A stretch of 64,000 bases of DNA from Octopus vulgaris (GCA_951406725.2 OX597823.1:12524001-12588000), one strand, 5' to 3'; positions 38,641 to 52,731 are shown, counted from the stretch's first letter. Notes: generated from the letters alone by a model not told the origin. A program made the numbers and translations.

Positions 38641-39031
38641 TCATTATATATAAAAGTGAAGTTGTGTGTCTGTCTCCTACGATTTAGATTCTAACTACTC
38701 CCAGATTTTGCGGTGCAGTTTGACCAAAACCGGGTATCTTATAGTCGTGATTCATAGCGATCCCTTCTGGGTATTAGCGCGCGTCTACGATGAGTCTACG
38801 ATTTTAAAAAGAATTTACCATCAATTTTTCCCATTTTTAATGCATTTTTGGCATATATAAGGGAGGTAACTCTCTAAAAATTTATTATTAAATCTCAGAA
38901 CGTAAAAAGCTACAGTAATACCCCCCTTTGTGGTTAGCTATATTGAGATGGCTATTATACTTTACATCTCTAAAAATGCTTATATAGTTATTTCCCTTAC
39001 AAACCCGAGTAACGCCGGGCGATACTGCTAG
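38641..39031 (+). mobile_element. Non-autonomous Helitron
   Basis: A|TC start, CCCGAGTAACGCCGGG hairpin, CTAG|T end. Homologous to 15514-15908. Confidence 0.85.
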
Positions 39032-39572
39032 TGGAAGATAAATGTAAAAATGAAGGCAGCCTTACTTTCCTGCGAATGCTCAGTGATGATGTGGTATGTA
39101 CGGATCTCGTCTACGGAGAACTTATCTTTCTTACATATTACTTGCTGTGCTCTTCTTACGTGTTCAATGGCTTTGTTTTTTCGGTTGTCATGTAATATAA
39201 AATAACATTAAGGATAATAAGAAATAATGCAAATAAAGAAAAAGAATACATAAGTATAGAAGATAATTTTTCTTATAAATGAGCCTTTAGAGTACTTTCC
39301 TGGGTATTTACAGAAGCATAATACTACATGAAATTTCGCACACTTTTAAAATTTCTCTTTCTTGGTAGTTTCACCAATTTTCTTTTCCACCGTGTGAGCG
39401 CTTCCATTCATAATTATTTTTGGTGCAAGCAAACTTGTCGGGATTCACTGCGGGTCACCTACTTCGTAGTAAAGTCTGCTCTAGTAGTAATTTGTTTTCA
39501 ATGAACATATTTTAATCACTGAAAAATGCCGACTTCACCAGAAATGGTCCAAGAGAAATCTGTTCCTGGAAA

Positions 39573-39710
39573 GGCGGTGAGCTGGCAGAAACGTTAGCAC
39601 GCCGGGCGAAATGCGTAGCGATACTTCGTTAACCGTTACGTTGAGTTCAAATTCCGCCGAGGTCGATTTTCCCTTTCATCCTTTCGGGGTGGATAAATTA
39701 AGTACCAGTG
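39573..39710 (+). mobile_element. SINE family C, partial
   Basis: Homology to 4914-5050; a more decayed copy follows at ~39915-40120. Confidence 0.8.
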
Positions 39711-39726
39711 AAGAAAGCACTATTGT

Positions 39727-39803
<77 letters not shown>

Positions 39804-39826
39804 TAACTCTGAAATTTTTAGACAAG

Positions 39827-39877
<51 letters not shown>

Positions 39878-40316
39878 TATTATTATTATTATTATTATTA
39901 TTATCGTTAATGCAACCAGCTAATGGAAACGTTAGCATGCTAGGCGAATGCTTAGCGGCATTTCGTCCGTCTCTACGTTCTGAGATCAAATGCCACCGAA
40001 GACGACATTGACTTTCATCTTATCGGGGACGATAGAGTAGGGGCATTTGAACTCTGGAAGTGATGTTATCGAATAGCGTCACCTCTGAAAATAACTGGTC
40101 TTGTGTTATAGTTTGTTATTATTATATTCATCGTGATTTAAGCAGGAGTTCCGTTGCCTGTACATTGGGCCCTTAGAAGAGGGCTCAATAAGTGTTAAAC
40201 GCTTTGCTTAAGTTACCGTGGCGCTTACGAAATGTTAACATCTGTTTTATAAATATATTTTGTGTGGGGTGGGCTAAGATGTTTTTGTATGTGTGTGCGT
40301 GTACACATTCATGCAA

Positions 40317-40370
<54 letters not shown>

Positions 40371-40412
40371 ATCTTTGCATGAATGTGTACACGCACGCTC
40401 ATACAAAAACAT

Positions 40413-40458
<46 letters not shown>

Positions 40459-40495
40459 CATATACCTATGTATATATAAATAAATAAATAAATAA

Positions 40496-40530
<35 letters not shown>

Positions 40531-40661
40531 GAATAGAGAGAAAGAGAGAGAGACATAAAATCATACCTATATGTATAAATACATGCAAATTTATCTACAA
40601 ATGTGTGTCTGTGGGTGTGTGTCTATATGTGTGTGCATACATACATATATAAAAATAAACG

Positions 40662-40705
<44 letters not shown>

Positions 40706-40941
40706 TAAACACACACATATGCCTCATGTAGACATTTTGTGCAAGAAAGACATCACTGAAAAAAATCACTGAATGATAAAAGCTGAGGATGAAGTTATCT
40801 GTATCTAAGATCTGACAAAAATACTGAGTTTGCAAGAATAAATAACCAAAAAAAAAAAAGAAAAGAAGATAAATGATAACTGAAAAAAGATAACTAAAGA
40901 TATAAAAAAAAAAGAAACTTTCAAATGAGGAGAAAACACAC

Positions 40942-41011
40942 CAGGGTGCGCTGCGATCAAGCATGCTGTTGACGCGAAGATAACAATTTGTACCTGCTTG
41001 CCTACTCCCAT
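40942..41011 (-). CDS. Candidate first coding exon encoding a signal-peptide-like sequence
   Basis: MGVGKQVQIVIFASTACLIAAHP, then a phase-1 TG|GTGTGT donor and T-rich intron-like sequence. Lies in a unique, CpG-retaining island. Confidence 0.35.
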
Positions 41012-41294
41012 AAGTTATGTGCGTAACATATAGCTGTCTGCTCTGCTGTGTACGTTTTTGCTGGTCGTGCTGAGAACTTCTTTCATAACACACGTTTCTA
41101 CTAAGACACCACTACCACTAGCGTTATCACTACCATCACTACTACATACCGCACAAAAACGACGGCACACTCATGGCGGACGCACATATTTACACATGTT
41201 AATTTGTAGTACTTGTACACGCACACACATACATATACACAAATGTATATGCACATATATACACAATATATACACAAAATAAATGATACCAGCG

Positions 41295-41334
<40 letters not shown>

Positions 41335-41564
41335 TAGATATATATATATGGCCGTCCACTCGTGATCGAGGAAGACCATTGTTGACTTTCAGTAACATAG
41401 TGCGCTATAGGACTAAGCTATATTTTGCAATTGCGGCTCCGTTGGTGGCTAATCAGCCATGCTCTTGACAAGGATACACGACTGCAAACATTGCAGACCA
41501 AGCTTTCCCCATTCACAATACGAGCCGTGCGCTTTCGCGGAGCCTTTAAATTGCTAAGTCACCC

Positions 41565-41661
<97 letters not shown>

Positions 41662-41698
41662 TAATGGAGTTAAACGCAGGTGTTATTCATATTCTTTT

Positions 41699-41787
41699 AC
41701 TTCCGACACATGTTTCGAAGATATCACTGGTAATATTCCAAAGGAATAACATGGTGTAAAACAATGTAATCTTCTCTTCAGGGATGT
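41699..41787 (-). ncRNA. Type I hammerhead ribozyme
   Basis: ACAUCC-CUGAAGA-GAAGAU...AUCUUC-GAAA-CAUGUG-UC-GGAAGU. Confidence 0.7.
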
Positions 41788-41901
41788 GAAGAAATGAAAC
41801 TCGTCAATACGACATTTTAACAGAAATGATGGTAACTATTTATATCTTATTCCGTGTTAATTGTTAACAAGGGAAAATTACACATATCTCTCTCTCTCTC
41901 T

Positions 41902-41949
<48 letters not shown>

Positions 41950-41953
<4 letters not shown>

Positions 41954-42270
41954 CCCCCTTCGGTCACGACACAAACCATAGGATTGCACCTAGAAAGTTA
42001 CCTTCCCAGGCACAAGTCCGGGTAAGGTTGTTTATGGAAGACTAGCAGTTGCCCATGCATACCGGCCTCCCCTATCCACGTCACCAGTGTTATCCAAGGG
42101 AAAGGCAAATCCCGATACAGCTTGGCACCTATGACGCTGCAACTCATTTCTACAACGTGAAATAAAGTGACTTGCTCAAGAACACAACACCTAGTCCGGT
42201 CCGGAATTCGAGCTCACAACCTCACGATTGTTATCTCGACACTCTAACCACTGAGCCATGCACCTTCGCA
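41950..42270 (-). mobile_element. SINE (head 2 + tail Z)
   Basis: TGGCTCAGTGGTTAGAG head; tail homologous to 49808-50000. Confidence 0.85.
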
Positions 42271-42291
42271 GTATATATATATATATATATA

Positions 42292-43021
42292 ATTAATTAA
42301 TAAGGGTGAGAGAATTAGATACTAATTTAATAGTATATTTATTCAACACATTTTTGTTATTTTTTATTTGCCCTGTCCGTGTGAGCTAACAATCGTACTG
42401 ACTTTCATGGGAAGCATGTATTTTCGTGGTTGAAACCTTTTGGATTAACTGGTGCTAGAGTGAGCAATATAGTGACCACTCTCTTATATTTATTTTGTAA
42501 AAATATTATAATATGTTATAAAATATTATAATAATCCAGGTTTCTCAGAGCACTAGGCCACTTGGTGTTGAATAAATATACTATTAAATTAGTATCTAAT
42601 TCTCTCACCCTTATTAATTAATTATAATTATGCTGCATTTATTTCTAAATGCTGTATTTGTTTTCCGTGAAAGTTTGGCGCGCTGTTGGTTGGGGCATTT
42701 GAATTATAACGTCGGATGTAATCAATTGAACCACACGCGATATTTATCGTTATGGTAAAATCTGGCGTGTGATTGAGTGGATTTCATCCAGATAGTCTTG
42801 GCTGACGAGCTACAAATGGATTTTTTGTAAGTAAAATTACATTTAATTCATTAATAGCGAAACAATTGTCCCAAAATAATCTGTATTTTTGTTATTTTTT
42901 ATTTGCCCTGTCCGTGTGAGCTAACAATCGTACTGACTTTCATGGGAAGCATGTATTTTCGTGGTTGAAACCTTTTGGATTAACTGGTGCTAGAGTGAGC
43001 AATATAGTGACCACTCTCTTA

Positions 43022-43030
<9 letters not shown>
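42292..43030 (+). mobile_element. Penelope pLTR-like element: short inverted arm plus 535-nt partial tandem
   Basis: 42350-42494 repeats at 42885-43030. 42292-42349 is the reverse complement of ~42566-42623. Flanked by (TA)n. Confidence 0.8.
42798..42874 (+). ncRNA. Type I hammerhead ribozyme, intact core
   Basis: UUGG-CUGACGA-GCUA...UAGC-GAAA-CAAUUG-UC-CCAA. Palindromic stem III ACAAUUGU, GUC cleavage site. Confidence 0.85.
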
Positions 43031-43086
<56 letters not shown>

Positions 43087-43101
43087 GTATATGTATATAA
43101 A

Positions 43102-43542
43102 ATTAAATGGGTGAGGTGACTTAGCAATTTGAAACTAAAGGCAAAATAAAGAAAGAATCCAAAAGTGACGGAGAGTACTCACCAGTACCAGCTCTTGCTA
43201 GAAACAAGAGTTAAAACAACTCAATAGCCACAAAGCACTGTTCTTAATGAGTGGCAAAAAGAGGTATGCTTCCAGCGTACATAGTCGGATCGTTCAATTC
43301 CGGTTTTTGATGCATAGCATCTTAATCCATGTCAGCTTTCTTAAATTCTAGGGTTAAACTCAACTAACCCTGTCAATCTTATAAGATATACCGTTGAAAA
43401 ACTGTACAGATTTTCAAAACGGTAAAAGTGCAAACAACGAATTAAATGGGTGGCTTATTAGGCAAAACTGGTAGGGGTCACAAAAGTGACGGAGGGTACT
43501 GACCAGCACCAGCTATTGCTAGAAACAACTCAAAAGCCACAA
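43102..43542. repeat. Diverged ~320-340-nt partial tandem repeat
   Basis: ATTAAATGGGTG and AAAAGTGACGGAG...GCTAGAAACAA recur about 320-340 nt apart. No intact hammerhead seen. Confidence 0.65.
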
Positions 43543-43586
43543 TACATACATGCATAAATGTGTGTGTGTGTGTATGTATCTGTGAG

Positions 43587-43621
<35 letters not shown>

Positions 43622-43669
43622 GTATGTATGTATGTATATATAAATATACACACACGCATAGACGCGCAG

Positions 43670-43703
<34 letters not shown>

Positions 43704-43801
43704 GGATATAAACATATATATTACTATTTACTTAAACACAAACTAGCAGAATTAGAAAATATCTACGTATAGATGGGTCGTATGAGTGTGTGAGCGTGAG
43801 C

Positions 43802-43833
<32 letters not shown>

Positions 43834-44115
43834 GTGTGTCTGTGTGTGTGTGCGTGAATGTATGAATCTGAGCGTATGTATGCATACATGTGTATAAATA
43901 TTTGCACGCGCGCACACACACACACGCACACACACATGAACACGGACACACAGATACATACATATACAATTTTTCACAAGAAATCACACATTCGGACGTG
44001 TTTACGTATGTAACCTTAAAGGCAAATCCGTCAAATTACGTTTAAACACACACGAAGGGGTGTGTGTGTGTGTGTGTGTGCATGCAGGCATGTATATACA
44101 CACACACACACGTAT

Positions 44116-44164
<49 letters not shown>

Positions 44165-44787
44165 ATATATACGTGCATATAATATACATGCATAGGTATG
44201 TTTGCTTGCGCACATTTTCAATAACAAACTTACTATATTAAAATGTGTGTATTTGTATGTATGTTTGTATGCAGGTGTATAGGCTTTGGAGTGTATGTAT
44301 ATCCCTACAACAACATATATTTTACAATTTCTTTTATCTTTTGGAGATGCTTGTAGTGTCAAGCTGTCTTAAATATCGCTAAATGACGAGATAACATTGG
44401 TGGTGAGAGAGAAAAAGATATATTTAGGCAGAAAAAGAAAATAACTGTTTGCAAAATATAAGCAAACACCCGAACTAATAACGAAAAAATATATTTCATG
44501 GAAGTTCCTTCGAAACAAAAATAACATGACAGGAAATTTAACTAAGGTGACAAGGGAGTATATTCTCGGAGCCAGCAGCACTTTAAACACTCAGAACGTT
44601 CTTGTTGGCAAGAAGAACCATGTGTCCAATTAAGGTTCTCACTCCGAAAACTAAAAATTCTTGGGTAAAACGCAACGTGAGAGTATTTATGAAGACGGCA
44701 ATATTTTTAGCGTACCAAACAGCGTTATATATAACGCGTATATATTCATGGGTAAATATATACAAGCACAAAAGTACAGACAAATAA

Positions 44788-44860
<73 letters not shown>

Positions 44861-45138
44861 GAAATAACCTGAATTAAGCAATTCAAAAGATATAGTCACA
44901 GAACGCGCGTAGTCAATTTAATGTTTATTTAATTTATTGATTTTTAAAAATAATATTTATTATAGCATATTTAATTTTTTTCTATTTAATATGGATAATG
45001 TCTTTCACTATTGAATTGCTTAATAGAGGTTATTTCTCTTAGATATATACACATATTATATACTGTGAAAATTAATTTAGAATTGCTAAATTTCATTTCT
45101 CCCTGTAAGTTTGGAATTATATTCCCTATCATTATTAC

Positions 45139-45201
<63 letters not shown>

Positions 45202-45205
<4 letters not shown>

Positions 45206-45414
45206 TAGTTTTATTTTTATAGCGTGCTTTCACTTCACTACCGAGCGCAGCTCTGTGTGCCTTGGGTATGTGCTGTGATTTGTTGTGATGCTCTGATGGT
45301 TATTGTATGGAAAGTGTTCTGCGTAGGATGTGTGCAGTGCCTAGCAGTGCAATTTTCTGTATGTTATATGTGTTTGTAAGTCCTAGTGTTTTTGTTATGT
45401 ATTTGTCTGAATAT
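45202..45414 (-). mobile_element. R4/Dong LINE 3' end inside (TAA)n
   Basis: Near-identical to 17871-18083; TTA arrays on both sides. Confidence 0.9.
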
Positions 45415-45425
45415 TATTATTATTA

Positions 45426-45542
<117 letters not shown>

Positions 45543-45577
45543 GTAATTATAATATGTGAAAATTATTCTGTAGCCAT

Positions 45578-45638
45578 GATAAAATTCCGAGTTTCGTATG
45601 TCGGAGCGGAAACACTCGCCGGCATCTCATCAGTTATC
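45578..45638 (-). ncRNA. Type I hammerhead ribozyme, slightly decayed
   Basis: GAUAA-CUGAUGA-GAUGCCGG...CCGACAUAC-GAAA-CUCGGAA-UU-UUAUC. Confidence 0.6.
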
Positions 45639-46216
45639 GGGCCATCAAAAATATGCTACGAATATGACCGTTATCTATGATCTATCTATTTAAATATCTT
45701 CTCTATTTGTCTATCTATACTTTCACAATATTTTATTATTTTCTCCTCTTTCTTGATTGTCCTGAAACTCTCTCTGTCTCTTCCCCACCTACATTTGCTT
45801 CCCCCCTCTAAAAAAACTCAAAACCATTTTTCTCTTAAATAAAGCAAAACAACAAAAAAGCATCCTATCCATAGAAGGAACAATGAAATGTTCTGTTTTT
45901 ATCATTTTGAATTTGATTTTGTCTTGACGAGTTCGAGAAACGAACGAGAGTTTTCATGTCTCCTCTGAGAAACAAAAATTCGATGCATTACTGAAAAGTC
46001 AACTGCGTTTTTAAGTTTTCGTAGAGAAAAAGATAGCTGACATGAACAAATAGAAGCCATTTGTATATTGAAAGAGAGCTGTCTGCATCCTGATGATTCG
46101 CGCCGGATAAGAAAATGCCGATATTATGAGGTAAACAATTATGTATTATGTAAACAAAGACCAATTGTCTTGCAGTGATGGGAAATAAACACAAAGACAC
46201 TTACTCTCTCTCTCTA

Positions 46217-46275
<59 letters not shown>

Positions 46276-46307
46276 CATATACACGTGCGCACACACCCAC
46301 ACACATA

Positions 46308-46505
46308 TACGAGTACTGAAAAGTTCCTGGCTTTGGATAAATGACGATAAACGATAATGATCAGTTAATTATGATTTTGTTCAACATATCCCCCTCTCAG
46401 GTTCACACACTTACTGCAGAGGTCCTTCAGTTTTTTAAGCCCTGTAAAAGGAGTCGGAAAGCTGGACCTCCAACTAGGCCTTTTGCGACATTCTGAAAAC
46501 CAGGA
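46308..46505. mobile_element. Mariner-type terminal fragment or MITE remnant
   Basis: Begins TACGAG..CTGAAAAGTTCC, similar to the TIR at 1385. Confidence 0.5.
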
Positions 46506-46952
46506 ATATGTATATGCAGATAGATAAATATATATAACAATATATGAGTATGTTTGTTGGTGATTTCATTTAAATTCTAATACAATAGGCATTTTCATAT
46601 TAAGAAATCGGCTGCACCATTCGTAATTGTCTGAAGTATTCTGTCTTACATACTTTAAGTTGATAATTGGTTTGTAATCAATTTGGCAACTGATCAAAAT
46701 TCTTCGCCATTTCATCACTGCTGTCATAACAAAACTTTCAACATCTTCATTGTTCATAGAGTAATATATGTTTATTTATAATATATATATATATATATGT
46801 TTATTCATATTAACGTTATGTTTATTTACATTAACTTTCAATACATGAATCTTGTATTCAACCAAAAGTTTTCAAAGCAATCTTTCAGAGGTTTCCATCG
46901 AAGTTTTACATAACGATCGAATCCAATATTTTCAGTCACATGTAGATCTCTT

Positions 46953-47450
46953 GCACATGACCTTGCAGGTGGGGACATTTAGAATTTTCTTCACGTTGAG
47001 TAGTCCATTCCGCTCAAAAAGACCCTGATTAAGGCTTGTTTAAGGATGGCGAACGAAACACCCATGTTTCCAAGGAGGAATTATTCAAACCCTAAATAAT
47101 TCCTCTCAACACATGGCTATGAGCCCCCCCCCCCCACTACTTCTGCTCGTGATCAGAGATGCACATATCGTCAGCCACTAAAGGGCATGTTCAACTGGTT
47201 ACGGTCAAGCAACTGACAAGCAAATCTGTGGTATTGATCAGAATATTTGCTATAGCCCATCTTTTATTCCAAGACAAAACATGATAACACTTTCAATCAG
47301 TAGAGATGAGAAGCCATGAGAGCCCGTGCCCGACACTGCATCATGGCTTTATTATCATTATTATTATTGTTGCTGTTGTTGAGTGAGAGAGGAATGTATG
47401 CATGCCATCAAAGTGACCCTGGGGCACAAATATAACCACCGTGACTACTC
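46953..47450. mobile_element. Unclassified repeat, same family as 12674-13172
   Basis: Direct homology; the 5' piece restarts at 47381. Confidence 0.7.
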
Positions 47451-47477
47451 GTTGTCGACTAATCCCTACCACAAAAT

Positions 47478-47555
<78 letters not shown>

Positions 47556-48206
47556 TGTAGTAGTAGTAGTAGTTATAGTAGTAATAGTGGTGGTGGTGGG
47601 GTTAGTAGTGATTTTTTGTAAGCAGAAACGGTTGAATGCTGGACTTAGTAGTTTCCTCCATTTCAGTTAAGCTGTTCAAAGATTAACTGCGCTTATGCTC
47701 AGGTATGTGTGACTAATAAATAAAACACTACCAGTGATGTACTCGGGGGATTCAAAAATCATCGCTACTTATCCTCTACGATATATAGCTTGTGTTACAT
47801 ATTATTTGGTCTTATATGTTAGCCTCAGATCAGCAGTGACTAAAGGGAAATATGTTCAAAGCTTTTCCAACTGTGGCTGCGACCTTTCTCTCTTTCATTT
47901 CATATCATACCACTTGTCCCTACTACATATTAAGATGGTCAATTCTGACTGAAAGAGATTTTGCTGCTAGAGAATGTATAGTTTATCATTATTATCATTA
48001 TTATTATTATTGTTGTTGTTGTTATTTTACTATCTTATGATTCTCATTATAGTATTTCATGATGTTCCTGAGTTCTGAATGTTAATATCGACTCTGTGAC
48101 CAGGGAGATCTTATGGATTCTAAAACGATTAATCACAGCAGAAGCTCTCCAGCACCAGAAGTGATATATGTATGAATACACATACATACATACATACATA
48201 CATACA

Positions 48207-48242
<36 letters not shown>

Positions 48243-49136
48243 CATATATATATATTTATACATATACATGCATGCAAACTTACATACACATAAATATGTA
48301 TGTTTGTATGTATGTATGTATACGTGTATCATTTGCTTCTGACATCTTGCTTGTGCTATTGTACCTTTCATAGCCAATATTTGACATAGCAATCTGTCAA
48401 ACTGCCTATCCAGTACAATACACTTTAACACTATCCACGCTCTTTATTGCCTAGGCGCTATCAATCAGACAACACTGCTTGCATATTTGTTAAGTTCCTT
48501 TCATTCTTTCACTTCAACGTTCAATTGTAAAAGAAATGCGATTTTTCATTTTCGATACAGTCTATTTTCATTTAATTCATTCTTCAATATCCAAAATGGC
48601 AAAAATTGTCACATAATCAAAATGTTCAATCTCCGTTGCCAGAAGATGCTTTTATTTGTTACATGGAAATAAAGAGAAACTATGTTATTATTTGGCGATT
48701 TGTTTCCAACTGATTGCAAATATGTCCTTTGTTGCAACATTCAGACTTTACATGTGTTATAAATATGCTAACGTTGTCTGCTGTATTCATGACTTACTCA
48801 ATACTCATACAACAATAATTTCTTATATAAGCGTAATATCATATTTATAGCTGACAGGAATCAAATAGAGGGGGGGTTTTCTTAATAATGATAATAATAA
48901 TTCTTTGTAATTTTGGCGAAATACCAGCAACTTTGATGGGAGGGGCAATTCGATTTACATTGACACCATTGCTTTACTGCGGATTATTTTATCGACCGAC
49001 GAAACGATGTGAGGCAAATTCATCCTCGGCGGAATTTGAACTCAGAACATATGTAGACAGAAAAAATTCTGAAAAGCATTTTATCCGGTACCCTAAAAAT
49101 TCTGCCAGTTCGCTACCTTAATTTCTTTTTTAATCT

Positions 49137-49504
49137 GGCACTCCCTCGGTTACGATGACGAGAGTCCCAGTTTAACTGATCAACGGAACAGCCTGCTCGT
49201 TAAATTAACGCTGAGCACTCCACAGACACGTGTACCCTTAACGTAGTTCTCGGGGAGATTCAGCGTGACACAGAGTGTGACAAGACTGGCACTTTGAAAT
49301 ATTGGTACAACAGAAACAAGCTGGAGTGAGAAAAAGTTGTGGTGAAAGAGTACAGCAGGGTTCACCACCACTCCCTGTCGGAACCTTGTGGAGCTTTAGG
49401 TGTTTTTGCTGAATAAACATTTGCAAAGACTGGTATGGGAATCGAAACTGCGATCCTACGAGCGCGAGTCCACTGCCTTAACCACTGGGCCATTGCGCCT
49501 CCAC
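49137..49504 (-). mobile_element. SINE (head 1 + tail X)
   Basis: Reverse complement of 24526-24911. Confidence 0.85.
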
Positions 49505-49807
49505 GCTACCTTAATAACGATGATATAAATGGCAATAATAATAGTTACAATTGCAGATAATAACAATAATAATCCTTTCTACTATAGGCACAAGGACTGA
49601 AATTTTGGCAGTTAGGGATCAGTCCTTAACATCGTCCCTAGTGTGTAACTGGTACTTATTTCATCAACCTCGAAAAGTTGAAAGGCAAAGTTGACCTCTG
49701 CGAAATTTGAGCTCAGAACATAGGAACCGACGGAGTATTGTTAAGCTCGGCGTCCTAACAATTCTGCCAGCTCACCGACTAAATAATAATAATGGGAGAA
49801 TATATGG

Positions 49808-50143
49808 GAGACCCCTTCGGTCATGAATCACCATGGGATTGCACCTAGAAAGTTACCTTCCGAGGTACACGTCCGTGTAAGGTTACTTATGAAAGGCCAG
49901 CAGTCGCCCATGCATACCGGCCTCCCCTCTCCATGCTACTGATGTTATCCTAGGGAAAGGCAAAGGGGCCGATACAGCTTGGCACCAATGACGTCACAAC
50001 TCATTTCTACAGCTGAGTTAACTGGAGCAACGTGAAGTAAAGTGTCTTGCTCAAGAACATAACACGCAGCCCGGCCCGGGAAACGAACTCACAACCTCAC
50101 GATCGTAAGCTCGACGCTCTAACCACTGAGCTATGCACCTTCA
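49808..50143 (-). mobile_element. SINE (head 2 + tail Z)
   Basis: Homologous to 41950-42270. Confidence 0.85.
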
Positions 50144-50212
50144 CAACAACAACAACAACAACAACAACAATAATACTACTAATAATATTAATAATAATAA
50201 TAATAATAATAA

Positions 50213-50543
50213 TTGGCCTTTTTCGTCTATGCAGACGGTCAATTTAGCTTAGAGATCACTTACTCGAACATATCAGGGGTTCCCTTTCTTGCAGCTTCTT
50301 TCATGGCCGATTCTTCCTATGACTGAAGCGTAGCTTCTGTCACAGTACTTGCATACCAACAGGTTGGCTCGGCACTTTGCATTTCCTGTTGTTTTCCATT
50401 CCGCCGCTGATGCTTTTCAACTTGTTTTTTTCTGTAGCTGCTCTCTATCGAAGCTGTTCCTTCTTTCACCACAGTCCTCTATGTTGTTCTGTCCTCAGTC
50501 CTCTCTTCCCAGGGGCTGACATCCACCTCAAACTTGGGCAGAC
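50213..50543 (-). mobile_element. RTE/BovB-like LINE 3' fragment, degenerate
   Basis: WEERTEDRTT*RTVVKEG....E...EKHQRR, then a frameshifted C.YCDRSYASVIGRIGHERSC zinc finger. Confidence 0.65.
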
Positions 50544-50620
<77 letters not shown>

Positions 50621-50621
50621 C

Positions 50622-50668
<47 letters not shown>

Positions 50669-50693
50669 CAATAATAATAATAATAATAAATAC

Positions 50694-50754
<61 letters not shown>

Positions 50755-50817
50755 TTAGTTAGTTAGTTAGTTAGTTAGTTAATTTGGCTCAAAAGCAAAT
50801 AACAAGGCCATGTAGGG

Positions 50818-50876
<59 letters not shown>

Positions 50877-50907
50877 TAATAAAAATAATAATAATAATAA
50901 TAATAAA

Positions 50908-51107
50908 AACATAACAAAAACACCAGGACTTACAAATATATATAACATACAGAAAATTGCACTACTGGGCACTGCACGCATCCTACGCAAAACACTCTCA
51001 ATACAGTAACCATAAGAGCATCACAACAAACCACAGCACATACGCAAGGTACACAGAGCTGCGCTCGGTAGTGAAGTGAAAGCACGTTATAAAAATAAAA
51101 CTACTGA
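50908..51107 (+). mobile_element. R4/Dong LINE 3' end inside (TAA)n
   Basis: Homologous to 63850-64000; TAA arrays on both sides. Confidence 0.85.
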
Positions 51108-51109
51108 TG

Positions 51110-51164
<55 letters not shown>

Positions 51165-51517
51165 TAATCATAATTACTTTTATTTGCCATTAGGGCGAAT
51201 GATAAGGTGGAGGGCAATACAGAGACAGACCCAGAGTGTAGGGGTTTACATATAATGGAATGATAAGAAAAAAAGAAGAAAACACTATACACGTTATTCA
51301 TTAAAAGAAGGGGAGTATATATAGTATACAACACTAAGGAAAGATGATTTATTGGTAGGAGTTGTCGAAGGCATCGACACTGTTATTTATTTTATTGATC
51401 CTGAAAGGATAAAAGGTAAAGTCAAACTCGGTGTAATTTTATCTCAGAATGTAGAGACAGAGGAAATGTCACTAATGATGGGGCCAGTTCGCGATTAATA
51501 ATAAGTTAAGGTCATAA

Positions 51518-51915
51518 GGCGGAGAGCTGGCAGAAGCGTTAGCACGTCGGGCGAAATGCTTAGCGGTATTTCATCTGCCGCTACGTTCTGAGTTGAAATT
51601 CCGCCGAGGTCGACTTTGCCTTTCATCCTTTCGGGGTCGATAAATTCATTACCAGTTACGCACTGGGGTCGATGTAATCGACTTAATCCGTTTGTCTGTC
51701 CTTCTTTGTCCTCTCTGTGTTTAGCACATTGTGGGAAATAAAAAGAAACAGGTATTTCGTCTGTCTTTACGTTCTGAGTTAAAATTCCGTTGATGTCGAC
51801 TTCGCCTTTTGATCTTTTCGGCGTCTATAAAGTAAGTATCAGTTGCGTACTGGGGTCGATGTAATCGATTGCCCCCTCCCCCAAATTTTCGGACCTTGTG
51901 CCTAGAGTAAAAACA
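51518..51915 (+). mobile_element. SINE family C, dimeric
   Basis: Two tandem TTCTGAGTT.AAATTCCG...GTCGAT monomers. Confidence 0.85.
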
Positions 51916-52019
51916 AATAAGTTAAGGTTATTTCTACAGGTACATTCTACAGACAGCACTGATTTTGGCTACGTTTTGTATCGAGACGTCAGGAGTAAAA
52001 AACCAAGGGGATCGAACAC

Positions 52020-52138
52020 TTCTATATTTAAGAGAAGAGGAATTATGTACATTATCTAAATTATTTACATTTGACGGATATTTGTCCTCATTTTGTTTGT
52101 ATTTAACACAACGTTTCGGCTGATATACACTCCAGCCT
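52020..52138 (-). mobile_element. Hammerhead-SINE 3' fragment, truncated before the core
   Basis: Homology to 38207-38315. Confidence 0.7.
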
Positions 52139-52257
52139 ACATCCCTATCAAAATAATGCTCAACTCTCTGGAACATGGAGATGCCGATAGTGATCCAACA
52201 GAAACTCGTAGCAAGCTATTAATGTAATTACGACAACAATAATTTTGATAACAATAA

Positions 52258-52658
52258 TAATCATTTCCACTATAGGTACAAGGCCTGGAATTTTGTGGGA
52301 GAGGACCAGTCGATTACATCGATCCCGACATTTCACCGGTATATAATTTATCGACCCCGGAAGGATGAAAGGCCAAGTCGACCTCGGTGGAATTTGAACT
52401 CACAACGTAGCGGCAGGCGAAATACCTATTTCTTTATTACCCACAAGGGGCTAAACATAGAGGGGACAAACAAGGACAGACATAGGTATTAAGTCGATCA
52501 CATCGACCCCAGTGCGTAATTGGTACTTAATTTATCGACTCCGAAAATATGAAAGGCAAAGTCGACCTCGGCGGAATTTGAACTCACAACGTAACGACAG
52601 GTGAAATACCGCAAAGCATTTCGCCCGGCGTGCTAACGTTTCTGCCAGCTCGCCGCCT
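52258..52658 (-). mobile_element. SINE family C, dimeric
   Basis: Reverse complement of the 51518-type copy. Confidence 0.85.
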
Positions 52659-52731
52659 TAATAATAATAATTATTATTATTATGATTCAAATTACGATGA
52701 ACACAAACATACAAACGTTAAGATGTCTTAG

